A stretch of DNA of 63,665 nt, filler included, from Conidiobolus incongruus B7586 (taxonomy: Eukaryota): NCBI GenBank assembly GCA_000697335.1. It is 12 parts of 12 records of this genome, joined end to end, with 100 filler letters (N's around TTAATTAATTAA, not from the genome) between each part and the next. Parts side by side here need not be neighbours in the genome. Positions count along the whole stretch, not along the records: positions 3,002 to 14,968 come from JNEM01005883.1; positions 15,069 to 21,100 come from JNEM01005887.1; positions 21,201 to 24,247 come from JNEM01005889.1; positions 24,348 to 30,978 come from JNEM01005896.1; 8 more parts are not named here. The stretch is one strand, 5' to 3'. Below, in pieces: positions 11,810-24,555 of the stretch. A program made the position numbers and the translations under genes. The notes below the pieces were generated by a model that saw only the letters and a list, made by a program, of their open reading frames with translations, searched no databases and was not told the DNA's origin. Each line of letters starts with the position of its first letter. The stretch's first letter is position 1.

Positions 11810-14800
11810 TATTAATATATCAATCGATTTTATAATTAATTAATTTTTTTTTGAATTCTATATCCCTTTTATATACTATTTTCAAATTTTTCACTCACCA
11901 ATAATTCTAGCGAAATTGAACCAATTATTATTATTATTATATTCAATTTATTAATTTTTATATTACTGGTATTTATCCGCAAATAAGTGGATTGTTAAAT
12001 TAAATTTTGATTGAGTTTTTTATTAGATTTAAAAACAGAGCCAAACTTTGAGTATTAATTTATATATAACAGTACAAATAATTTATGATCAAAATTCATT
12101 GTAATATTATAAAATCACATTAATAATTTCTAATATTTTTATCTTGGTTTTAACTTAAAGATGAAATTTAGTTAATTATAATTCATAAATTTAATGATAA
12201 TAATAATAATATTATTATTTTCATTAATAATAAAAACATATATATAAAAGATCATAAAAACTAGAAGTGGAATATCAATAAAGATAAAATTTTCTTTAAA
12301 TTTGGAAGTTAGATATTTTATAAATTAAGGTATTTTACTGGTAAATTTACAATATAAGCTTAATAATTCTAATTTTTCTAATATGTTTTTGATGATGTTA
12401 AATATCAGGTATTACGCGAAAGTATAAATGGAACAATTTCAAATTCAAATAGATTGTGAATTATTTGGTTGATTGAAACGTAAACAAGCCCAACATTCTC
12501 CATTAAATTCAAATAGATTTGATTACTATTTTAGGAATTTAGCGAATTTGGATTTTGATTTAAATCGTGATTCCTTTTGTAGAGTTGAATTATCTATACT
12601 GATCATTCATTAAAATATCCAAAATTGTTTTATCGATCTAATTATTCTAATATTATTGTTATAATTGTTAATTCTGAAGTTGGATTTGTTATAATATGGT
12701 TCTAATGAATAATGATTATTAAAGTAACATCCATATATAATGATTTGAAGATATCCTTCCTTGGAGAAAATTTCTGAGGCCATAACATTAATTAGAAGTA
12801 ATTATATTAAGTCACATTGGTTCACTTTTCGAATTTGGTTAATTGAAAAAAGATAAATGAATAAAAAATCATATGCTTAATTTGGTAATCTTTGTGTATA
12901 GTGAATTAAAACATAATTCAAAATATTGATTTGATCATTTGCATGATCAGTTGAATTGTTTCTAGTTACTTCGTGGTTCATTAATCCATTATTAAAAACT
13001 GTGAAAATTGATTATAACAAGTATTTATTCAAATATTTTGTATCCATTAGATTCATTATACTCACAAGGTAATGGTAATTTGTTGAAAAGTCCACTAATA
13101 TTTCGCTATTAAACAAATTCTTATACTCTATTTTATAAATCAAACGGGGTTTGATTATCATTTTCTATTATTAATATGAATCATTAACAATATGAATTAT
13201 TAATTAGACCTCAATATAATATTTAGACTTTAATTTAGCTATATGAAATTTATTTACTTTAAATATCAACCAAGCCACAATTGTCCATTGTGATGAGTCC
13301 TTATAATATATATATTATTCAGGGAATTATTTAAAAAATCATAAGTTCAAAAAACAAATTTTATTACTTAAAATATTATCAGAAATTAATATATCAAATT
13401 TACATGTATACTGCGAATTGTATTTGATCCATGCTGTTTCTAATTCTCCATAATAATTCATAAATATTTGATATGTAATATGACGAAATACTTGAAATAA
13501 GTTGAAATTTCGCTAAAATTAATTCAATGAAAATGTTAAAGTTGATATATGACTTATCTAGTTTGTCATTAGTTTTATCTAAATAATTTAAAATACACTA
13601 ACTGGGATTTATAATCTTTATAATATAGGATGGTGCAAATTTAACACCTAATTTTGTATCAAAGTTCAACTTTTTATATTTCATTTTTTTCAAAATTGTC
13701 AATATAAATTTCTGTGTAAGTATTAAATCAATCAGATAATAATTCATTTATAGTTATTCGATTCTATTATTAGTAAATGACAATATTCTAATTTAATATC
13801 TCCATTAAACTAAGAAATAAATATAGTCCATTTCAGTTAACTGTGAGCTTGGTTTTTAGCATTAAAAATTTTCCTCATATTTTAAAAATATGGTATAATT
13901 TAAAACTATTTTTTGTAAAATTTGGATAATAATGATCTTTACTCATATTAATATCTAATATTATTATATATAATGTAAAAATCTGACGCTTAGTAATTAG
14001 CTTTACACGCCATCAGATTCTTTGGTTTCTAATATTTATAAACCAGAATAGTTCGATTATTTATGGACAATCAAATATCTAATCAATTCAATAGAGAATA
14101 TTCTAAAGATATTTGAATTATATTTAATTTCTACCATTTTAAATTGAGCTTTTATTAATCGGAGTATAATATATATCTATACTTAAAATTCATATTCTTT
14201 GAAAGATACAAAGCACTAAACTCTCATTTTATTATTTGAAATAATTAATAAATTTCAAAATAATGCTATAAAATACATTACTTATATTCTTAACAAATTA
14301 TTATTAAATAGAAAATATCTAGTGGTTTAAAAAATAAATTCCTATATTATAATCAAGTATTTTATTATGAACCATTATTGTTTTAGGTTTATTCTTAAAG
14401 ATTCTATTTAATTATCATAAATGATCTATCAATTTATCATATTTACTTTGATCAAATTAGATATTTAGAAATTTTAATATCTAATAAATATAGAATTTGG
14501 AAATATACCAAAATTAGAGATAAAATATTAATTAAATTATCTGTTTATACAAAACTTCCAAGTTCATCGAATTAAAAATATCCATAAATAGCTATTGGCT
14601 ACAAATGACTTTTAATATACAATTTTGGAAAATATGTTAGTCAACTCAAATCTGGAAAATTTAATACAAATACTTGTTTAAGCTATTTTGAATTTATATC
14701 TTACTTAAGAAAACCAAATAAAATTAAATAACATTTGCAATATCATCTTTAATCTCTTATAAAAAAACAATTTTAACAATATATTATTAGTTTTTTTTAT

Positions 14801-15068
14801 ATTAATTAAATCAAAGTTTCAAATTAATAATAAAATTAAAATATACAAACTTTGTAAACTATTTATATATTAAATATATAAAATATTTTAAATATAAATC
14901 TATATTATTATATTGTTAATTATATTATATTTGAAATATTTTATTAAATAAATTATAAAAAATAAAAANNNNNNNNNNNNNNNNNNNNNNNNNNNNNNNN
15001 NNNNNNNNNNNNTTAATTAATTAANNNNNNNNNNNNNNNNNNNNNNNNNNNNNNNNNNNNNNNNNNNN

Positions 15069-17029
15069 GCAAAGATTATTTCAACCCCCAATACTGCAAT
15101 TTCGCGAACAAAATCAGACTCTAGATAAGTTTTCTCAATTTCTAAAGCTGACACTTTATATCCTCCAGTTTTGATGATATCAACTGAAGTTCTACCAAGA
15201 ATTTTATAGTGTCCAGTTTGTGGATTAATACTGGCGGTATCACCAGTCTTGAACCACCCATCTGATTCAAAAGTATCCTTCGTAGCCTCTGGTCGATTGA
15301 AGTACTCTTTAAATACTGAAGGACCTCTGATTTGAAGTTCTCCAGCTTCGTCTGCATTTTTAATAATTCTTTGTTCTAATGGTAAGTTATTTTCATCCAA
15401 TGGACGAACTAATCTAGCTTCCACAGTTGGGAAAGGGAAGCCAACATGTCCCTCAAGTCGTTGAGAGCTAGTTTCTCTATATGGATTAGTTAAAGCCATT
15501 CCAATTTCAGACATACCGTATCTTTCTAATAGTGTATGTCCTGAAATCCTCTTCCACTTCTGCAAGATAGGACCTGGAAGTGCTGCAGAGCCAGATACCA
15601 TAAGACGAAATTGTTTGAAATAATCTTTGCATTTTTCTTGATCTTCTTTTGATAAGGTTTCAAAGTGTTGAATTAATTTTGAATAAATGGTAGGAACAGC
15701 CATAAATAAGGTCAGATCTTGTTTTGGATCTTGGAATCTTTGCCAAACTTGATCAGCTTTAAATTTTTGTAAAAACTCTACAGTTCCACCATTATACAAG
15801 ATAGTATTCAAAGCCTATATTAAATAAGATATTAAAAATTACTAGAATAATTAGGAAATTATAAATATATCACATTAATAACGCCCTATAAGCATTCCAG
15901 AAAAGATCAGAATTAATATATATATATATATATATATTTAATCAATATTAATTTACATGGACATGATGTAAAGGTAAAGGATGCAAGATTCTATCAGTAT
16001 CTTTGTACTCCCAAGCTTCTGTCAATGCTTTATATTGAGCATCGAGGTTATTGTGAGTAAGGACAACTCCCTTAGGTTTACCGGTTGTACCACTAGTATA
16101 AATAATGAGAGCTCCTCTGCTCATGTCAATGCTATCTGCTTTTGGAGGAAGAGTGGGCTAGAATAATTAGTTAATGTAATTATTTACATGGTTTAATATA
16201 ATGTATTATATATAAAAGTAATTGAGCAGTCTGATAAAATATCAGCATAAAATCTTGATATAATATTAAACTGATTAAAGATGACTTACAGCATCAGAAG
16301 TAGAAAAGTCAGTGACTGTGAATTTGATATCATTCTTCTTTGCAATGGGTTCTAATTTCGATTGAAAATCTTTATGAGTAATAACAATGGAAGCTTGAGA
16401 GTCTTTGAGAGTATATTCTAATTCATCTGGAGGATGAGTAACACCTAATACAAGATAAATATAGTGTAAATTTAATAAAAAGCTTATATTACTTAAAGGT
16501 ACAGCAATGCCTCCAGCTGCCCATATGGCCCATTGAGTAACAACGTAGTCATAAGAATTAGGAAACAGATACGCAACTCTTGCTTCTTTCAAGTCACTAT
16601 AGCTGTATTAAGAAATTGGATAGAAATTGGTTGAAGTAAGTTACGTTTGAGTAAGTTGATTTTTTAATTTTTCAACATCCGACAATAGCTTTAAATAACA
16701 GTAATTTTTATTATTGGAAACTATAGCTGTTGAAGGATGTTCGATTGTGGCTTTTTCATATGCTCGATTAAAAATAGGTAAAATAGGAAGACCTAAATCA
16801 AATATTTTAGAATTAAATAAAATGAAGAAAATTAAGTCACAAACCTTGATAATAACGATTTATAGTCAGAGTTATATTATTATATTTAGTGAAAGCTCTA
16901 TTATTTCTAATAACAGAGTATTTAGTTAATATAATATACAAATTAAAATTTAAATTGGAGATAAAATATGGAAATATATTCTAAATTTCATATTGTTTAC
17001 CTTAGTAAATTCAACGATTTGGATAACAT
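15069..17029 (-). CDS. Mitochondrial AMP-binding acyl-CoA synthetase, ACSF3/malonyl-CoA synthetase-like; multi-exon, 3' end lost in gap
   Basis: Motifs IYTSGTTGKPKGV, LPLHHVH, LLERYGMSEIGM, GWFKTGD and DIIKTGGYKVSALEIE. The spliced N-terminus MLSKSLNLLRNNRAFTKYNNITLTINRYYQ (introns 17000-16907 and 16844-16793) looks like a mitochondrial presequence. Confidence 0.9.
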
Positions 17030-17372
17030 TTTGACTTGTGGATATCAAAAAATGATATATTTATCAAACTTATTATTTGAATAAAAGTCTGAAGATACAA
17101 ACTATACTTATAGATTTATACTTTTATCCCAGTTAATATAGAATCGTTAAGATTGAAAATATAATTTAAACACATATTAATGATGTCATTTCAATCCCAT
17201 AATATTAATATTTCAATAATATATACATAGAGGGGTGAGTTAACATCTAAATCAGTTTAAATTAGTTTAAATTTACTCATCAATATCCAGTTGCATTCAT
17301 ATTACATTGGATTTTAGGCTATCATATATCGCATCATAACTTCTTATTAATATAAATAATATCATAAAAACT
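17030..17372. promoter_or_regulatory. Short divergent intergenic region, likely a bidirectional promoter
   Basis: 343 bp between head-to-head start codons of the ACSF3-like and INTS9-like genes. Confidence 0.45.
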
Positions 17373-19845
17373 ATGGATTTCTCTTCTAAATTTCATATTA
17401 TACCTTTACCATTTCCCAACTTATTGAATAATAATAATGATCAAAATCCTTCTCCAACTAGTTGCTATTTAGTTAAACTTGCCAATCGCATCAATGTTCT
17501 TTGCGACTGCCCCATAGACCTTAAACAGATTTATTCAATAAACATTGACCTCAATAAATCCACACTTATCCCTTCCCAGCATAATATGATTACTGATTGG
17601 TCATATGGGCCTCAAATCATCGACCTCAATGCCCATGTCACTAAACCAAATGATACCAGCTATAGTCTGTTTCCTTGGTTCATTTTTCCCAAGTGGAATC
17701 TTATTGATTTTAGTACTTTGGATTATATTTTGATTTCAAATCATCATTTAATTACTGCATTGCCTTATATCACTGAATATACCGATTTTAAAGGACAGAT
17801 TTTAGCCACCAGTCCCATCAAACACTTTGCTAGGTAATAATTGCCGTTGACTCTTATTTAATAAGAAACTCTAACCGATAGTTAGATGGCTGCTATTCGA
17901 TTTAGTTAACAATATTCCCCGCCATCCACTCAATCCAGAGAAGTTAAGTGAACTTGGGATCAATTACTCGTAAGATTGGGTTTTATAATATTGACTGTGC
18001 TCTAACTAAAATAATATTAGAGAAAATTTCAATCATATCCACCATCCTTTTACCACAAATGATATTGAAGAATGCTTAAGCAAGATTACGTGGGTCACTT
18101 TCAATCAAAGAGTCCCAATGTCAAGTCACAGTCCCGAAGATTATTTTGAAGCATTTAGCTCTGGTTTCCAAATTGGCAGCTGTAATTGGTTGATTCATAC
18201 AAACTATGTCAAGGTAATTATAACACTTCATTCTAAATCTTCCATTTAACATCCTCAACAGTTAGGTTATATTTCAACTTCAGCTATCTTAAGCTCATTT
18301 CAAAATGAGTTTGTCAACTCTGACATTGATAAGAGCATCATTGAAAGGTGTAATCAGCTATTAATATCCAATCCGCATTTTTCACTACCATATGTTCATT
18401 CTAACCAATTGGATGATTTGAATTACGATCGAAACTTCAATGAACTTGAAACAGTCATTGATGATCTTAGTTCACAAATGGCAAATGTCATATTCCCAGT
18501 TGAAATGGATGGAGCCCTGTTTAACTTGTTAAATGCTCTATATGAATGGAGCAAACAGAAGAATCGCTTAAATAAGATAAAGTTTCTCTTTATTTCTAAA
18601 CATTCTCAAAATTGGGCTCAACTGACACATAAGTGCTTCGAGTGGGTGAATCAAAAGAACCAAAACCAATATTTATTCCATGCTGCTAATTCTCCTTCAG
18701 CTGTCATCCCGCCCATCTCCACGATTCTGCTTGAATTCAATCAGTGGGCTCTTACAAATTTATTCTTTTATGGAGATGTAACCACTGAAGTCATTCAACT
18801 TCTCAGTAACCCTAACTTCCAATACTATGCATTCTGTGATCATCCCTCTTTTAAATCAGGTCGATGCCATCAGCTAGTCAAGAGCTCGGCCCTTTATTCT
18901 CCGCCCAATAGATCTCATAGCGTCATCTTCACAGATGGAAGATTTGATATCCGATATTATAAAGAGGCCAAGTTTAATATGGCTAATCTAAGATCATATT
19001 TCCTTCCATTAGACTGCACGATGGACACTAATTTGATTAAATCTCTCATTGATCATCTCCCTACTCCTCCCCAAATCTTGATAGATGAACACAATGCCAA
19101 ATTGATGAAGGATTTGAGCTTAAAAACGCCCTTATCAGCTCCAGTAAAATATTTATCTCCCAATACTCCCAATACTTTCACAGTTGAATCATCTCATACC
19201 ATAGCCTTAGCAGAGCCTTCTCTGATATCCTCCCTTTCAGGAAAATGGCTATACCATCGTCAATTGATGACTTCTTTCCAAGGCCTTTGTAACCTTGAAA
19301 ACAACCACCAAATCCATTTAAGCCCTATCTCATCTTTATCCAAACTTAATACTGGTATCATATTTGAATCTCCTCCAATGTGGGCTACAATATCTTTATC
19401 AGATTTAATTGAAGCATTAAATCAGGTATATTTAATATTATACTGACCTCTAATTTCATTTTTCTAATTATAATAATAGCTGGAATATGGCTCTATTAAT
19501 AAGGAGAGCATTTCTATATTACCAAGCACTCCATCTTACTCATCTACCAATCAGTCTAATGGAACTTCTGATCATACCACCAATGACAGTTCCAAAGAAG
19601 AAAATGGTATTATTCACGCAGATATGGTTAGCCCATTTAATAATGAAGCATATCGACTCACTTTTTCTGGAATGGCATCTTCAATTCATCGCAAAGATCC
19701 CTGCATTCTCATTGAATGCCAAAAGCAAACACAGTTGATTCAATCTGTTAAATTGATCAGTTCTAATCATAAGTTATCCAGTGAAATTTATGATCAACTA
19801 CAAAAATTAACTATTAACTTTTATCAACAGCCAAAATTAGTTTGA
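17373..19845 (+). CDS. INTS9: Integrator complex subunit 9-like (inactive metallo-beta-lactamase/beta-CASP), about 5 exons
   Basis: Motifs CYLVKLANRINVLCDCPIDL and [46 protein letters not shown] resemble animal INTS9 [39 protein letters not shown]. Also FSSGFQIGSCNWLI. GT-AG introns near 17834-17885, 17970-18020, 18213-18261 and 19426-19479. Confidence 0.85.
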
Positions 19846-21200
19846 ATAAATTCAATATTTTATATCTAATCCATTAAAATTATTAGTCATAGAATATTCA
19901 TAAGTTAATTTAGTATACTATAATTGTGATGTTTTTTATCACTAATATATCATTTGATCCATAGATAACAACCAATATATACAAATTATTCGTTGATATT
20001 TTACAATTGATGAATTATATTCAGTTATAAGAATAGATATTGAATAGCTCTTTATAATAATTAATGACCTGGTTTTGAAATTAATATCATTTAGTCAATT
20101 AATTCAATTTTTAATTCAAATGTTATTCATAAGCATTAGTATTGAGAGTCGTGGTTAAAAATACTTTTCTTGTAATATAAATATATAAATATCCGATCAA
20201 ATATAATTTATTTATTTATCTAATAGCAGTATTTTCATTCATTTATGTGAAATGATAATGGAATATGATTATATCATTAATGTAATTAAATAAATTATAA
20301 ATGTTACTATTTGAATATATTTTCTTTTATTATAAATATGAAAATATATATATGATCTATTACTTATTCACACATTATATACTATTTCAAATTTTAATAT
20401 TCTCATTTACTAATTCAATTTTCTATTTTGAATATTATTTTTAAATAAAAACTATTAATATGGTTATGGTATTTCCCTAACATAGTAAATATATCAATTA
20501 AAACAAATTTTCTCATTTTACTAAGTTTAGAATTTAATTGATGAAGTACAATATTGAAATATAATTGATTTGATTTGACTTAACCTGAGTACTTTAAGAT
20601 TGTTGATAATATAGCAGTTTTTGATTTTATCCTTTTTTTAAATAATCTTTAAAATTTTTATCAATTTAATATCATATATAATACTAATCCAATGAAATCA
20701 ATCCAATTATTTTATCTTAATATTACAAAAGTATTTTGATTTTTAGAGTGATTGAAGTAAAATAAACTTTAGTAAATCTATTTTAGCTTTTAATTTTTCA
20801 AAATATTTTAAAATAACTTATTTACACTAGATATTTAAATATGTATCAATATACCTAAGAGCACACCAAATATCCAGGAAAAATTTTTACCAGTGTATGT
20901 TAAAATATAAGATAATTAAGATAATAATGTATTTTAAATAGCATATATTTATATTAATATTTTAGTTTATTAATTATTAAAAGATATAGGATTATTAATA
21001 ATGATTTAGTTTTTGACCAAAGGATTGAATAAATTAATTTTCAATATATTAACACTATCTATTTACCATTTTATTTAATAATTTTTAGAATACTTTTATT
21101 NNNNNNNNNNNNNNNNNNNNNNNNNNNNNNNNNNNNNNNNNNNNTTAATTAATTAANNNNNNNNNNNNNNNNNNNNNNNNNNNNNNNNNNNNNNNNNNNN

Positions 21201-22505
21201 AAAAAATGGGATATTTTGAAATTTCTAATCTTTTAAATATATTATATATTTTGAAAGAATATATATATATATATATAATATATAGGAAAATAAATATTTT
21301 CAAACTCTATATATATATATTCAATTTTAATTTTTTTTATTAAAATATTTTGATTTTAAAATTTATATTTAAATTTAATCATGCTTAAACTAAAATATGA
21401 TTATCAAAAGGCTTTTATTTTTATATTTTTAAAACTTAACTATATACTCTCTAAAATCATCTAAAATTTACAAACAACTTATAAAGATGGTGCTTTATCT
21501 AAAACTACCATATATTGCTAGAATTATGATTCTAAAGCTAGAAGGGACATTATTCAAAATTTACTAAAATCTAAAAGATATATTTTTACTATTATTTTTT
21601 CACTTACTATTAGAGTAAAGAAATATATTAAAAAATACCCTTTTATTTCTATTAAAGAACTATTAAAACAAATTAATATTTATTATATTAGCATATTATA
21701 TTTACTTAAGTTTAAACTTAGATTAATTGATAAAAATATAAAATAGATACCTTATGATTTAACAAAAGCTAAAAAAACTAAAGTAAATATAGCTAAATTA
21801 AACTTATTAAGATATAACTAAAAACAAAGGTTTTTACAACAAATACTTATAATTAATAAATCTTAAATTCTTTTATATAATCATTTATTTAAAAATAAAA
21901 CAAAATGTTGAGTTAAGCTAAATTAATCTCCTCTATAAATTCTAATAAATAAATATTTTAAATATAAACAAATGTTAATTGTTATAATGAATTATAACTA
22001 TATATTGTTTTTTTATTTAATACCTCAAGGGAAATTAATTAATAGTAAGTTATATATTATTTTTTTAAATAACATTGTTTTTGAATAATGTTCTCAATAT
22101 AAATTGAGGATATTTATTATTTTGTATGATAATTGCAAAATATATAAAACTAAAGCTATAAAAGAGTTTTTATGTAAAAAAATTAAAGGGAGTTATCATA
22201 TCTAATATATTCACCTGATTATAGCCTATATGATTATAATTGTTTTAGATAATTAAAAAAAGAGCTTATAGGAAAAAAAATTCCTGCAAACAAATTAAAT
22301 TGTTTTGTGAAATATCAAATTCTAGTCTTTAATAAAAAAAACTATTTTTGAAGTATTAGAAGCTTGCCAAATATATAGAAAAAAGATATAAATAATAAAA
22401 GAGGCTATTAATTTTATATTATTCGTTAACTTTTATATATTATTTATTAAATTATTTGTTTAATTTTAATCTTAAAACTATATCATTATTAAATCTCTAT
22501 ATTAA
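21201..22505 (+). mobile_element. Near full-length, heavily AT-mutated mariner copy
   Basis: Positions 22185-22505 align with 3008-3328. Relic motifs IPYDL (WVPHEL), ILYDNCKI and YSPDY are present, as is the 3' TIR. Confidence 0.85.
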
Positions 22506-22559
22506 TAATATTAAATAAGAGTTTAAATATCATTATCAATATTAAAATAAAATTATTTT

Positions 22560-23352
22560 ATTTAATTAAATAAAAATATATTTTAAAATTTTTATTAAAA
22601 AAGATAAGTATTTTAGAAAAAATATAAAACTCTTTTATAACCATTATATTAATTTCATTTAAATATATAATAATAGGTTAAATATTATTCTAGGATATAT
22701 ATTCAAATTTAAAATAGTTTTGTAAAATTAACAAAGGAATTATAATTAAAATATATTAAAAAATTTCAAATAATAAATTAAAAAACTATTGAATAATATA
22801 AGTTAAACAAATTTAATATTATTTTCTAATAAAATAATAACTTTTATTATATTATAGCTTTTATTACCAAATAGCTTAAAAATAATAAAATAATAGTTAT
22901 AAAGTAATTTTTTGAGTTTTTAATTTTAACCTAATTAAATATTTTTAATATTAATTAAAAATAGTTATTAAAGCTTTTTTTTAAAAAAATTTAAATTAAT
23001 TCTAAAAATATATTCAAAAAATATAGAATAAAATTAACACTTTTTGATATAAAAATTTAATTGATTTTACACCTTATAAACTTAAAGAAATGAAACAAGC
23101 TAAAGATATATATATTAAGTTATATTATTTTTATCACCAAAAACCTACAAATTTATATCTTATTCTAGATAATATTTGAGGGTTGATATTTTAACCAATT
23201 AATAACTAAATATCATTATTTAATGATTAATCTTATTAATATATATATATAATTTTGAATATTTAATTTAAGTTTATTTTATTATATATTAAATAAATTA
23301 TTAATACAGATATAAGTGTTATTGATCTTATAACTTACTTTTATGAGTTAAT
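22560..23352 (+). mobile_element. Tc1-like copy, 3' half with TIR
   Basis: Reverse complement of ~750-1500 (e.g. ACCTTATAAACTTAAAGAAATGAAACAAGCTAAAGATA). Ends TTATAACTTACTTTTATGAGTTAATA. Confidence 0.75.
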
Positions 23353-23899
23353 ATATTGTTATAAATTGGGAGGTTTGCTTATCTTTTAATTTAAATTGTC
23401 TATCAAAATTCCAAATATAATTCATTTATAAATATCAGGAATAACCCTTTTATAATGGAAAATTCTAGATTATAGCAAAAGCTAGAGCCTTAACATATTG
23501 GCCAAAGATCAATCATATTATAAAATAGTCATTGGACAGATATTTGCTAGGGGATCACTTTGATCAAAGCTAAGCCCTAGATTTTGTTATTCTAATAAAA
23601 TTTCTCTAAAGTATCTAGTTAGATGTCTTTGCCTTGTTTTATCGAGCTCATTTGATTTTTATTACAAGACTACTTTCCAGAAGCCTTGTAATATATATAA
23701 TTGGTATTAATAATATATAGTTATTTATTTGATATTTAATAAAAAAAATTAATAATAAATTCTATATTATTTTTGTAATTAAAATTATATCTAAATAAAA
23801 TTCTTAATATAAATATAAGATATCAATTAATTTCCATAGTAATTATAAAATATGTAAAACTCTAATAAACTTTCTTAATAAACAATTATTAAAATCTAT

Positions 23900-24555
23900 T
23901 ATATTTAAATAATTAAAAAATCAGCTTATAGAAAAATTTTTATAAATAAATTAAATTGGTCTATAAAATATTAAATATCAGTTTCTAATAAAAAGAATTA
24001 TTTTGTAAATATTCAAAGCTTACCAAAAATATATAAAAAAATTAATTATATTAATATTATTTAAATATTATTTATTTAGTTTTATATATTATTTATTAAT
24101 TTATATAATTTTGATTTCAAAACTATATTATTAATTAATTTTTATACTAATAATTAAAAAATGTTAAACTTTTTTAAATTACTCTTTACTTTAAAATATA
24201 AAAAAAATAAAATTTAATAATAATATTTCTTTTAATAAATTGAATTANNNNNNNNNNNNNNNNNNNNNNNNNNNNNNNNNNNNNNNNNNNNTTAATTAAT
24301 TAANNNNNNNNNNNNNNNNNNNNNNNNNNNNNNNNNNNNNNNNNNNNGAAAATTTAATTGGTTTGTAAAACATCAAATTTTAGTCTTTAATAAAAAGAAT
24401 TATTTTTTAAGTATTAGATCTTTGTTAAAAGTATAGCAAAAAGTTATTAGAAATAAAAGAAAGTATCAATTTTATATTATATATTTATTTTAACTTTTTA
24501 TTTATTAAAATGGAAATTTTTTTCAATCACAAAAAATTCCTATTATTTAAATTAC
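23900..24555 (+). mobile_element. Two mariner 3'-end fragments on either side of a gap
   Basis: AAATTGGT-T-TAAAA-AT-AAAT...TTTAATAAAAAGAATTATTTT matches 3120-3230. TIR-like ends at ~24150 and ~24555. Confidence 0.7.

Noticed and set aside
16907..16945. Non-AUG (TTG) start for the ACSF3-like gene
   Set aside because: An upstream ATG exon (17029-17001) with a GTAAAC donor splices in frame.
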